Origin: a virus
Taxonomy: Duplodnaviria > Caudoviricetes
DNA: 64,000 nucleotides
IMG/VR virus record: IMGVR_UViG_2667527945_000002
Location: 1 to 64,000 of that record
Reading direction: 5' to 3' (one strand)
The notes beneath the pieces are model-generated. The model was not told the origin of the DNA and made no database searches. It was given only the letters and a program-made list of their open reading frames with translations. Both the position numbers and the translations under genes were made by a program. Within the stretch, counting starts at the first letter, position 1, and each line of letters starts with the position of its first letter. Of this stretch, positions 19,623 to 28,765 are shown piece by piece.

Positions 19623-20121
19623 TTTTAATCGTGAAAAAATGCTGGTTAAAAAGCAGGTCCACACACCATTTCAGCATCAATGGCAGTTTCGCCTTGAAAT
19701 TGAAGAGCAACCCCTAGACTTCGAAATCTTCATTAAAGATGTGACCTATGGCCCTATTGAGCTGGAATATGAGCCAGTAAAAGTCGGTGTAAATCAACTG
19801 CAGTTCCCAACGGGTGTTATGCCCGTCTCAATATCCATGACAGTACGAGATCATGATGATGAACGCATCCATAAATGGTTTGCGGAATGGTCCAGTAAAG
19901 TTGCCAATGGTGACGGCACAGTCAACCCACCATTAAACCCTGAAACCAAATGGATTAGAGACTGGAATAAGTACACCTTGATCCACAAGGCCAAAGGGTT
20001 TGAGGAAATATTGTCTGAAACCTACCCAGTCGCCCCAGTACAGCTGGGGGATGTCACACAGAGCTACAGCGAACACTCATTTAAAGAATTTCCGCTGACT
20101 GTTATTCAATTTAGGAGTTAA
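19612..20121 (+). CDS. tail tube-family protein (P1 Tub-like)
   Basis: WQF.LEI, KDVTY..IE, SMTVRD, NGDGTVN.P, GDVT.S. Confidence 0.75.
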   Translation: MAADFNREKMLVKKQVHTPFQHQWQFRLEIEEQPLDFEIFIKDVTYGPIELEYEPVKVGVNQLQFPTGVMPVSISMTVRDHDDERIHKWFAEWSSKVANGDGTVNPPLNPETKWIRDWNKYTLIHKAKGFEEILSETYPVAPVQLGDVTQSYSEHSFKEFPLTVIQFRS

Positions 20122-20123
20122 GC

Positions 20124-20921
20124 ATGTTTGCACCGTTTTCATTACCCAGTAAGCCTATCCAGCAAGTTCTTATCCGAGAAGCGAGCACTGCAGAAACACT
20201 AGATTTCTGTGATGTGTTACCTGAGCATGAAGAGTCGCTAACAACGAAGTTTCTCAATACGATTCAGGACAAAGAGGCTTTTACCAATTGCCTTGATTGG
20301 ACAGCAGAAGATCGCCGCTTGGCGTTATTCTGGTACTGGATACATACCACCGAAGATACTTATGTCTCTCTGGATTATGACTGCCCTCATTGTAAACAGA
20401 CGCACACTCATGAATTTGACATGCGTGACTTAGCGGAGGGGTACGAAGAAATACAGGGACTCGCTAGTCGTGACCTCGAATTTGAAGGTAGAAAGCTCAT
20501 CATATCCCCACGAACGGGGAAACACATGGAAGAGCTTGAGAATATGCGCCTTGCTTTAATGATTGAGCAAGAAGGTTCGCCGGCAGCAGTTCGTAAGCAA
20601 GCTGATATCCGCTTTCAAAAGCTCAAGTTTGCCTTACATATGGCGGATGACCACGAAGATAACGCCCGTAGACGGGAGGCTAATCTTCATAATTGGCTAC
20701 GAGAGCTTCCAGAAACAAAATATCAAGCTCTGCAAAACAAAGTGTGTGAGATCCTAGAAAGCATGACACATGGCTTGCCGAGTAAGATTATGGATGACGG
20801 CAAGATTATGTTGCGGTCGCCTAGTCATGTTTGCCCTACCATCAAAGCCAAAGAAAATAAGGAGGTGACAACTGAGTTGTTGCTTCCCTTTCGGAATTAC
20901 AGCCGGATTCCGCGAGTATAG
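20124..20921 (+). CDS. tail assembly chaperone (PmgB-like); probable +1 frameshift extension to 21054
   Basis: WTAEDRRLAL.W, YDCPHC..H, C-terminal PFR; directly upstream of the tape measure gene. Confidence 0.75.
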   Translation: MFAPFSLPSKPIQQVLIREASTAETLDFCDVLPEHEESLTTKFLNTIQDKEAFTNCLDWTAEDRRLALFWYWIHTTEDTYVSLDYDCPHCKQTHTHEFDMRDLAEGYEEIQGLASRDLEFEGRKLIISPRTGKHMEELENMRLALMIEQEGSPAAVRKQADIRFQKLKFALHMADDHEDNARRREANLHNWLRELPETKYQALQNKVCEILESMTHGLPSKIMDDGKIMLRSPSHVCPTIKAKENKEVTTELLLPFRNYSRIPRV

Positions 20922-21050
20922 CAGTCGTTCTTGGGACGTCATGCTCAATGAGTTGTCCCTTGATGCTGGTCAACCGATTGATAGCCTGCTTTGCTCCCCT
21001 AGAAGCCGTGTTTTGACCATGCATAAACGTTACAGAAAGGCGGGGCAGTC

Positions 21051-23744
21051 GTGACCATTAAAGAAACGCCACAATCAGAAATTGTTGTCGACCCAAACCA
21101 AATGTCACCTGTCGATCAGGTGACAGACAAAACACAACAAGACGAGGATTTACAGCCTAAAATCCTCGCTATTCTTGATAAAATCGAGTCCAACACGTCA
21201 GCCTTATTACGACGTGAGCCACGGGCTTTAGCTTCCACTTCTCAGGCTGTTCCTGCGGAAAATAACAGCACTAAGTCAGTATTAAAAACACACCAAATTA
21301 ATACCAATCAAGTATTAGTTAGCAGCACAAGCAAAACGCAAGTATCTAAGGTTAGTAAGGGCGGAGAGACTTCTCACTCTTCGCTCCAAGTGGATAAGCA
21401 GTCGTCTATTGCTGGTGGCAATGACCGGAGTCACGCAAGTACTGTTTCACAAACCCAATACCGTGAAAAACAATCGGAATTGGTTCAAGAGAAAAACAGT
21501 CAAGCCCACGATGCAACCGTAAGCAATGCCAAATCAGAAAGCCATTTGGTAGCGCAGACTCGTCCTAATGGCTCAACAGGAAGTCACGCTGAGCAGCCTA
21601 CAGAGAAGCGAGTATCAACGCCTAGAGTAGCGAAAGCCAATAAAGATACGGCGCAAAGCATTAATGAACCAGCAGCTGTCAAGCCAAAGGAAGAGAGACA
21701 GGAAACACCGCCTCAAGAAGCGCCGACTTCGACAGATGCAGTTAGCTCCAAAAAGCCAGCGTCAAACCGAAATAAGACACGCAAAAATAAAGCAAACACA
21801 CCCAATCCAGATCAGGCTAATCATGGTGATAAGTCAACGCCAGATGAAAGTTCATCAACCACGGCCAGCCAGCAAGCGCAACAGGACCAAAAAGAAAAAC
21901 GTGATCGCTCAAGCCTATTTAAAACAGTAGGGGATGTATTCAAACGAGCTACAGAAGAACGAGAAGAACTTGAAGCTGGGGATACTGCGACAGATGCCGC
22001 TGGTTCTGTTGTGGGTGGTTCACTGTGGGAAGCCGCAAAAGAAGTTAAAGAAGCCGTTGATGACGTAAAAGGTAGTTCGCTTGGGCAGAAGGTCATTGAA
22101 AAGGTAACTGGTAATAAAGAAGATGATGGATCCAGTGACGACTCATCACCTGCAGAGGCGGTTGCCAAAGACAAGCCTAAAGGTCCTGTCAGGGATGAAA
22201 ACGGGCGCTTCATCAAGCGTTCTGAAGTCGATACCTCAAACCAAGACGTGCAGAACTCAAAGCAGGTCGTGGTATCAAGTGAGCAACAGCATGATAGCCA
22301 AGAGAATGTCAGGTCTTCTGATACTCGCAATATTGATACCAATACAACACTAGATAAGTATCAACTAAATACTAACAAAAAACCAAAAGCCCCCGTTAAC
22401 TCTAAAGATGATGCAAAAGTAGCGCTCGCATCAACCCACTCTGTCCGAGAAGGTAAGAGCCGAGAAAGCAATAGACACAAAACCAGTACTACCTCTGCCA
22501 ATGTCGTAAAAGAAAGAGAGAAAGTTAAAAGTAATGAAGCTATCGCTGACCGTCTTGATGAGCAAGCTGAACTATCACAAAGTCAGCACAAAGAGCTTAT
22601 TAAGACCATAGAGAAAAAAGAGTCCGGTGGTGAGTCTGGTGGATCTCTCATGGATAGCGTGAGCGACCTAACCGATATGTTTGGGGGCGAAGGCAAAGAG
22701 AAAGGTGGTAAGCGAAGAAGAGGTAGAGGGCGAAAAGGCCGACTAGGCTCGTTACTCGACCGATTTAAAGGCAGTAAAGCATCCGTAGCGAGTCGCAACG
22801 CCACTGCTCTTAAATCCGCGCCTACGACCAAGCTTGGACGAGTCGCACAAGGGGTTAAAACGGCCACGGGTTCACTTGCAAACACTGGTGTAGGAAAAGC
22901 CGCTGGTGGCGCACTAAAAACGGTAGGCTCTGTCGCTAGTCGCGCAGCCGCGCCTGTTGCTGCTCTCGCAACAGGGTATTTCAAGTACAACGAAGTCAAA
23001 GACAGAGAAGATCTCACAGGCTCACAGAAGGCGGTTCAAGTTGGAGCAACAACCGCTGGCTCCCTTGGTGGTGCCAGTGCTGGTGCTGCCATGGGCGCCG
23101 CAATGGGTTCTGTCGTTCCTGTTGTCGGTACTTTAATAGGCGGGTTACTTGGTGCTGCAGTCGGTGGCTGGTTAGGTGGTAAAGGTGGAGACATCGTTGG
23201 CGAGGCGGTTAGTGACAAAATGGAAGGCACTGACGGTAAGACTCGCGCTGAACGTGAGTTGGAGTCTGCTAAAACAACCCACCAATCAAAAGAAACGACA
23301 ACCGAGAACAGCGATAAAACCGAGCTTTCAAAGCAACAGAATGCATCGGTTCAGGCAACAGCAACAGCAAAAGAAAACCAATCCCAACGAAAAGACAGCT
23401 CAACGTCGACTCAAACGGTTCAGGCTTCTGAAGCGTCTGTATTACCAGAGCAGCTAAAAGCAACGCTACCAGAAATCAGCCCGTCTAAATCAGCTTTAAA
23501 CAAGGTGAACACCAAAGAAACGCGATCAGAAAAAATAGAGACTGTCGCAAAGATTGATGAAAAGAAACTGGGTAAAGCCATTGTCGATGCTATGGACAAG
23601 TCTAAACAACAAAGCGGTGTTAGTGCGTCCTCATCAGGGCCTCGCTATGCTGCCTCTCAATCGAAAGCCCCTTCGGTACCCGCACCGATTAAAACGGAAT
23701 TCGAAGACAAAACACTTGTGTTGATGGCACATGACAGGATTTAA
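21051..23744 (+). CDS. tape measure protein (P1 Sit-like)
   Basis: Long low-complexity protein with RDENGRF motif and Gly/Ala-rich hydrophobic zipper; position between chaperone and baseplate genes. Confidence 0.75.
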   Translation: MTIKETPQSEIVVDPNQMSPVDQVTDKTQQDEDLQPKILAILDKIESNTSALLRREPRALASTSQAVPAENNSTKSVLKTHQINTNQVLVSSTSKTQVSKVSKGGETSHSSLQVDKQSSIAGGNDRSHASTVSQTQYREKQSELVQEKNSQAHDATVSNAKSESHLVAQTRPNGSTGSHAEQPTEKRVSTPRVAKANKDTAQSINEPAAVKPKEERQETPPQEAPTSTDAVSSKKPASNRNKTRKNKANTPNPDQANHGDKSTPDESSSTTASQQAQQDQKEKRDRSSLFKTVGDVFKRATEEREELEAGDTATDAAGSVVGGSLWEAAKEVKEAVDDVKGSSLGQKVIEKVTGNKEDDGSSDDSSPAEAVAKDKPKGPVRDENGRFIKRSEVDTSNQDVQNSKQVVVSSEQQHDSQENVRSSDTRNIDTNTTLDKYQLNTNKKPKAPVNSKDDAKVALASTHSVREGKSRESNRHKTSTTSANVVKEREKVKSNEAIADRLDEQAELSQSQHKELIKTIEKKESGGESGGSLMDSVSDLTDMFGGEGKEKGGKRRRGRGRKGRLGSLLDRFKGSKASVASRNATALKSAPTTKLGRVAQGVKTATGSLANTGVGKAAGGALKTVGSVASRAAAPVAALATGYFKYNEVKDREDLTGSQKAVQVGATTAGSLGGASAGAAMGAAMGSVVPVVGTLIGGLLGAAVGGWLGGKGGDIVGEAVSDKMEGTDGKTRAERELESAKTTHQSKETTTENSDKTELSKQQNASVQATATAKENQSQRKDSSTSTQTVQASEASVLPEQLKATLPEISPSKSALNKVNTKETRSEKIETVAKIDEKKLGKAIVDAMDKSKQQSGVSASSSGPRYAASQSKAPSVPAPIKTEFEDKTLVLMAHDRI

Positions 23745-23746
23745 GA

Positions 23747-24088
23747 ATGGAAGAGCTTAATCACCTACTCAATGTTAACAGTACTGGCCTTGCCGTTTCA
23801 TTTGATGGCAAAGCCCTGAACAACAACATAGAAGAATGGTTTGATAATCCAGAGCATACAATTGCAGATAACCCAGCTTGGGGCCATAACTTGGCGCCTT
23901 TCCAGTTCTGTGCGCAAACAGAAGATGATGCAGTGATGATGGAAATGGCAATCGTGGGAAAGTTACCCCGTGACGTTCAAGGGGTAGTGATCAAAGGAGT
24001 CCGTGTGACTTTTCCTGAGATTGACCTCTGTCGCATTCTCATAAGCCATCAATACGGCCTATTCGATAACAATATTCCACTGAGGTAG
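23747..24088 (+). CDS. baseplate wedge / sheath initiator (PmgA, T4 gp25-like)
   Basis: EW..P.....P.WG motif; position. Confidence 0.7.
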   Translation: MEELNHLLNVNSTGLAVSFDGKALNNNIEEWFDNPEHTIADNPAWGHNLAPFQFCAQTEDDAVMMEMAIVGKLPRDVQGVVIKGVRVTFPEIDLCRILISHQYGLFDNNIPLR

Positions 24089-24091
24089 CCC

Positions 24092-25516
24092 ATGAGCAAT
24101 CTTGATAACAAGGCAGAAGCACGCGCTTCCTTTACCGACATTATTCGTAAAAAGCCGGTACTTGAGCCATTGGCGGATAGTCAGGTTATGCAAGGGATCA
24201 ACACCTTTCAAAATCTCGCTTTGGAATACGCTGTTCACAAATTAGAACGCGCAAGTCAAGAAGGCTACCTGAGTACGGCTTATAACCGAGGTTCCATCTT
24301 GGCGCTAGCAGAAGATAGGCAGTACTTGCCTCGCAAAGCCGCACCAAGCCGTGGTCAAATTCGGATCCTGAATAAGCAAAACCGCGACCGTAGCGTTATG
24401 GCCTATTTCCCTATCGTTTCAGAAGATCAGGTTTACTACATGGTCAATGAAAGTGTGCGGGTGGCAGCTGGTGGCGAAGTCGTTGTTGATGGTTGTCAGG
24501 TGAAGCGTCATGAATTGTCATTTTTGGTAGAAAAAGAGCAGCCCTTTCTTGAGTTTGAGTTTGGCAGAGAGATCAGTGTTAGCCTGCATAAATTCAGAGT
24601 ATTCATTGATATGGGGGATGGGTACGAGGAATGGCAACCAACAAGCCGATTCCGTAACGCTCGCGCTGATAAAGTCTTTGATGAATTCTATTCTCATACC
24701 GATCAGGTTGGGATCCGCTTTGGTAACAATATCTTTGGTCTCATTCCGTCAAAAGACGCCAAGATTAAGGTTGAGCTTTGGCTAACTGAAGGGGATACAA
24801 AGCTGATGCCAAGCCAGCCACTTACCCCTGTCGATGACAATGCCGAAGAAATAGAATTTGAGACCGCTTCTGTCTTTACTGGTGGTGCGGCCCGTGAAGA
24901 AACGGATGAGTTACGCCGTAATGCTTTGTATTACCCGCTCTACGATGACAATCACGTTTGGGATGACGATTACCTCTTCTTCATTAAACAGCATTTTCCA
25001 GAGGTTATTTGGGGTAATGTGTGGGGGGAGGCCGAACAAGAAAAGATGGACGGAGAGCTGAAGATGGAGAACGTAAATAAAATATTTCTCTGCGTCTACG
25101 CGCCTGACAACGCCAATATTGGCAATGAAATTGAAGCGTATATGAAAGAGCATATTCCTCAGTTTAATCGCCGCTACCAGAACGTCCCTGTCGAGGCTCA
25201 TGCATTTACCGCTAAGATTTCGGGCAATATCTTACGAAGCGTGACATTGACCGACGCCAAGAAGCTGATCAGCGATACGCTTTGGAATAGTTACGGTAAA
25301 GATGCGACGAAACGAAAAGCCAAGGCATTAAAGCGCGACTTATACCGCTTAATGAATAACTTAAACATCTTCGAAAGCGAAGATGATATTGAGATAGAAG
25401 TATTAGGACAAGCAGAGCCAGAAAACCTCAAGCAAATGATATACATCGACCTTGACGCCTCGATGGCAATGCTCGATATAGATTTCACTAACAGTGCTAA
25501 GTTAAGTATTTATTGA
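24092..25516 (+). CDS. bplA: baseplate wedge protein (P1 BplA-like)
   Basis: EGYLSTA..R.SILA.AEDR.Y, GIRFG..FG.IP, E...ELR..A.Y...YD, WGE.EQE. Confidence 0.85.
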   Translation: MSNLDNKAEARASFTDIIRKKPVLEPLADSQVMQGINTFQNLALEYAVHKLERASQEGYLSTAYNRGSILALAEDRQYLPRKAAPSRGQIRILNKQNRDRSVMAYFPIVSEDQVYYMVNESVRVAAGGEVVVDGCQVKRHELSFLVEKEQPFLEFEFGREISVSLHKFRVFIDMGDGYEEWQPTSRFRNARADKVFDEFYSHTDQVGIRFGNNIFGLIPSKDAKIKVELWLTEGDTKLMPSQPLTPVDDNAEEIEFETASVFTGGAAREETDELRRNALYYPLYDDNHVWDDDYLFFIKQHFPEVIWGNVWGEAEQEKMDGELKMENVNKIFLCVYAPDNANIGNEIEAYMKEHIPQFNRRYQNVPVEAHAFTAKISGNILRSVTLTDAKKLISDTLWNSYGKDATKRKAKALKRDLYRLMNNLNIFESEDDIEIEVLGQAEPENLKQMIYIDLDASMAMLDIDFTNSAKLSIY

Positions 25517-25565
25517 GTATCAATTAAACCCTAACTAAACACCTATCACTGGTAAAAAATCTTTT

Positions 25566-25599
25566 TGTCGTGGCGGGTTCTTGCTTGAGACCGTACCCT
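25566..25599 (+). promoter_or_regulatory. putative late promoter
   Basis: TGTCGTGGC-N19-TACCCT. Confidence 0.6.
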
Positions 25600-25627
25600 C
25601 ATTCGAGATTTAGAGTGAGGTTTCCCT

Positions 25628-27049
25628 GTGGCTGAAAAATGGTTAGTTGAGCGTCTGACAAAGAGCAAGCAAAGCTCTCCCCAGTGGGTAGCGCTGGCTG
25701 AAGCATTGGAAGAGTACTGGGATACTAATTTTTTTAGCGACCTTCAAACCTTCGAAGACAGCAAAAACATCTTCACAGCCAATGACGATCACTTAAACAA
25801 AAAGATCGCTGAGTTCGGTGATTACTTTGATACAGCTTTACCTATCGACTCGTCCGGCAAGCGCCTATCTATCTCATGGCAACGCGCTAACATCCACGAA
25901 AAAGACACCATTGTTCCCTTTGTTAATGCCTTGTGCGTTAACTTTGCCGGCCTTGGTGTAACGTGGGAGCCGTTATACGCAAATCAAAGCCAACCATACG
26001 CAAAAGATAACCTTTTCACAGAGCAAGAGATCCAACTCAAGCAGTGGGAACTCAATGATTTCTGGATGACGTCTCGTGGGAAGATAGCTGTTGATTTAAC
26101 CCATCTTCATCAACTGGGGATGGCAAAAGAAACCTTTGTTGTAATCGCTCGACGAGAGATTGAACGTTTACGCCCGTCTCACATCGTTTATGACGGTGAA
26201 TACTTCATTCTAACCATTAATTTCAACTATGAACCTTTGGGCTACCACGTTGAGCGACAAACCATAGGAGAGAAAGGCGGTAGCATGTTCTATCGACTTA
26301 CTGCTTCTTTTGATGATCGTCCTGCCGATGTTCCTTGGCTTGATGAAAGTCCACTTTATGTTGAGCACCAGCGCGGTACCACATCCAGTCAAACTGACTT
26401 TGTACTGGGTGGGATGTCATGGTCCTTAGACTTATTTGTTGATATTGGTGGCCGTCGCGTGCCGTTGGCGGGAAAGGAAGGGGATGTTTTAGGCGCATTG
26501 CAGGAAATATCTAGCATTGAGCGTTATATACCCATTCAACACGGCAATATGCCCATGTCTGGTGCGTCATTGTCTGCAACCCGCTATCCCTGCATGACTT
26601 TCAATATGCATTATCAATTTGACGTAATGCCGGCAGACAGTGTGCCGACAAATGACCCTCTTCACGGTCAAAGTCGGATCACCGAAAGGCCATCCTTGAT
26701 GAGTTATCAGTTAGGTGCGGATTGGTCTCTCGACCTTTTTATTACTACGAAGTCCGCCGCGATCCCCGTCTCAGGAAAAGAAGGGGACAAACTACCACCA
26801 ATGAAGCAGCACAGTGCTCAACTGCGTTCGTTTCAGGTGCCAGTGAAACCGCATAGCACCACTCAAACCAAACAAACACAGTCATTCTGCTCAATAGCCT
26901 ACAGCGCCAAAGCAGATTGCATAGTTAGAGAGTATCCGTCTCTTCCTTTTGAGTTAAAACAACCAACAGATATAAACCAAAACCCGTGGCTGGGGTTTGA
27001 CGAGATCCCAGCTGACTTTGCACCATTAGACACACCACTTTGGAATTAG
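25628..27049 (+). CDS. P1 gp16-like baseplate protein with duplicated C-terminal module
   Basis: WL..RLT..KQ.S..W, WEPLYA, TSRG.I, P.HIV.DG; FD..PAD occurs three times. Confidence 0.75.
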   Translation: MAEKWLVERLTKSKQSSPQWVALAEALEEYWDTNFFSDLQTFEDSKNIFTANDDHLNKKIAEFGDYFDTALPIDSSGKRLSISWQRANIHEKDTIVPFVNALCVNFAGLGVTWEPLYANQSQPYAKDNLFTEQEIQLKQWELNDFWMTSRGKIAVDLTHLHQLGMAKETFVVIARREIERLRPSHIVYDGEYFILTINFNYEPLGYHVERQTIGEKGGSMFYRLTASFDDRPADVPWLDESPLYVEHQRGTTSSQTDFVLGGMSWSLDLFVDIGGRRVPLAGKEGDVLGALQEISSIERYIPIQHGNMPMSGASLSATRYPCMTFNMHYQFDVMPADSVPTNDPLHGQSRITERPSLMSYQLGADWSLDLFITTKSAAIPVSGKEGDKLPPMKQHSAQLRSFQVPVKPHSTTQTKQTQSFCSIAYSAKADCIVREYPSLPFELKQPTDINQNPWLGFDEIPADFAPLDTPLWN

Positions 27050-27053
27050 CGCT

Positions 27054-27491
27054 ATGTCGACAAATCAACCTTGGCAGATTGCAGAGCTACTGCCCCGTTT
27101 TTACGAAAAAAATGCTCTATCAATTGCTGGATTGGCAAAACAATTCAAGATCGTAAAGTTTAAATTCGGTCATGATCCGTTGCTGGTGGATGACAGCCAA
27201 ACCCCGCCAGCACTATCCCCGTTCAAACCAGCGGAAAACGACATCAAAAACGTTTTCTATGAAGGCACTATTAACCCTGCAGAAGATATTGTTTGGGCTA
27301 ATGGTCGCTTATTGTTTCGCTGTATCATGCCTGAAAACACGCTGTCTGAACCAAAACAATATAGTCAGACGGGCCTTTATGATGATGATGGCGATCTGGT
27401 GGCTGTCAGTATTGACCTGCCAGATTGGGTAACACCAGAAGAAGGCGTAAATACGCACCCATACGTCAACTTCCCGATCTCTGGAGAGTAA
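27054..27491 (+). CDS. P1 gpR-like tail fibre attachment protein
   Basis: Position between the gp16-like and S-like genes; GLYDDDGDLVAV. Confidence 0.65.
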   Translation: MSTNQPWQIAELLPRFYEKNALSIAGLAKQFKIVKFKFGHDPLLVDDSQTPPALSPFKPAENDIKNVFYEGTINPAEDIVWANGRLLFRCIMPENTLSEPKQYSQTGLYDDDGDLVAVSIDLPDWVTPEEGVNTHPYVNFPISGE

Positions 27492-27494
27492 TGA

Positions 27495-28052
27495 ATGAAC
27501 ACATACCCACAACAACCGATTGACGATCTGAGAGTTGACACGGCGTGGCGTGAGAATTATTCAGGCGCTTCAATGAACCAAAAGCTCCATGGTTTGTTAC
27601 CTAAAGGGGTGTACTCAGGCTTTGCGGTCAAACCAAAAACTGGTCTGACGGTTGAAATATCGGGAGGCAGTGAGCAAAACATTGCTGTACTGGAAGTTGG
27701 TACCTATTCACTGACGGCCAGAATGCCAAACGATGTGCTCAAGCAAGTCACTCTAACTGCCGGCAAAACCCAATACGTTGTTTTAGAAGCCCAATACGCG
27801 ATGAATCAAGCATCCACTGTTGGGATCTTCGTGCGTGACGCTGTACCAAGTAACGCCATTATGCTTGCAAAAGTAACACTAGCGTCTGGGGCGACGTCTG
27901 TACCCGTAGACAGTATCGAGCTGGCCCTTCCATCTAAACCCGTTACCGCTGCCGATTATGCCGAACTCGCGGCATACACGATCGACAACGGACGTCGAAC
28001 CTTAGAGTTACAAGAAGAAGTCAATCAGCTCAAGAAGCATCTAGGATTGTAA
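27495..28052 (+). CDS. stand-alone N-terminal (baseplate-anchoring) domain of a P1 gpS-type tail fibre
   Basis: E.YSGASMNQKLHGLLPKGVYSGF..KP and L.AGK..Y.VL resemble the P1 S N-terminus; ends after 185 aa in a short coiled coil. Confidence 0.7.
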   Translation: MNTYPQQPIDDLRVDTAWRENYSGASMNQKLHGLLPKGVYSGFAVKPKTGLTVEISGGSEQNIAVLEVGTYSLTARMPNDVLKQVTLTAGKTQYVVLEAQYAMNQASTVGIFVRDAVPSNAIMLAKVTLASGATSVPVDSIELALPSKPVTAADYAELAAYTIDNGRRTLELQEEVNQLKKHLGL

Positions 28053-28058
28053 TTATTG

Positions 28059-28080
28059 CTCCCTCATGTCTTGAGGGAGT
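28059..28080 (+). terminator. hairpin / terminator
   Basis: CTCCCTCA-TGTCT-TGAGGGAG. Confidence 0.55.
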
Positions 28081-28089
28081 AAATTTTCC

Positions 28090-28123
28090 TGTTGATGCGA
28101 ACCCAATCCCTGCGCTCTACCAT
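28090..28123 (+). promoter_or_regulatory. putative late promoter
   Basis: TGTTGATGC-N19-TACCAT upstream of the dar operon. Confidence 0.7.
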
Positions 28124-28162
28124 CGGACTGTTAACAACACAATCACAGTGTGGAGCGTTCCC

Positions 28163-28765
28163 GTGAGTTACTTATCTTTCGACTATGCCCAATTCAATGA
28201 AAAGGGCCTGAAGAAAGTCATTGACGAATTCAAACGTCAAAAACTTCAGGTTACAAGCGTTGAGGCGGACAACAAAGCCAAACGACAGTCTGGTGTTCAG
28301 ACTAAAAAAGCCATTCTCCATTTTGCCGACGGACAGAAACTCATGTTTCAAGCCACGGCGCAAGGAGCTATTTTCCAAGTTCGCCTCAATACGAGAGTGA
28401 TCCCCATTAAGCATGTTGATGATCTGAAAAAAGCCGTTGCTGAAATCGCTGGCAAAATCAGCGCGAACAGCAAGCAATTTCAACAAACCTTAAAAAAACG
28501 GGCATCCAGAGCCAGCAGTTCGAGCAAGGACGCATCTAGCCGAGCTAAAACATCACTCAAGGCCCAATTGGCCCTCGCCAATTCAGACAAGCAAGAGTTG
28601 GAGTCCTCCGTGGAGGAAAAGCGCCAACAAAAGCAAGCCTTAGAAGAAGCGCTCCCCGTTAAAGAGCAAAACAAGTCAGACATTAGCGCTCAAATAACAC
28701 AAGAGTATTCCGTTTCTGAGCAACTGGAATCAGAGTTAAAACAATTAGAGGAGTCCGCCGCATGA
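28163..28765 (+). CDS. hdf: Hdf-like Dar-system protein
   Basis: FDYAQFNEKGLKK..SGV..K..F.DGQ..G.IFQVRLN; C-terminal coiled coil. Confidence 0.75.
   Translation: MSYLSFDYAQFNEKGLKKVIDEFKRQKLQVTSVEADNKAKRQSGVQTKKAILHFADGQKLMFQATAQGAIFQVRLNTRVIPIKHVDDLKKAVAEIAGKISANSKQFQQTLKKRASRASSSSKDASSRAKTSLKAQLALANSDKQELESSVEEKRQQKQALEEALPVKEQNKSDISAQITQEYSVSEQLESELKQLEESAA

Noticed and set aside
10038-27491. Sheath/tube/spike cluster as T6SS, tailocin or eCIS
   Set aside because: Capsid, portal, protease and Dar genes show it is a phage.
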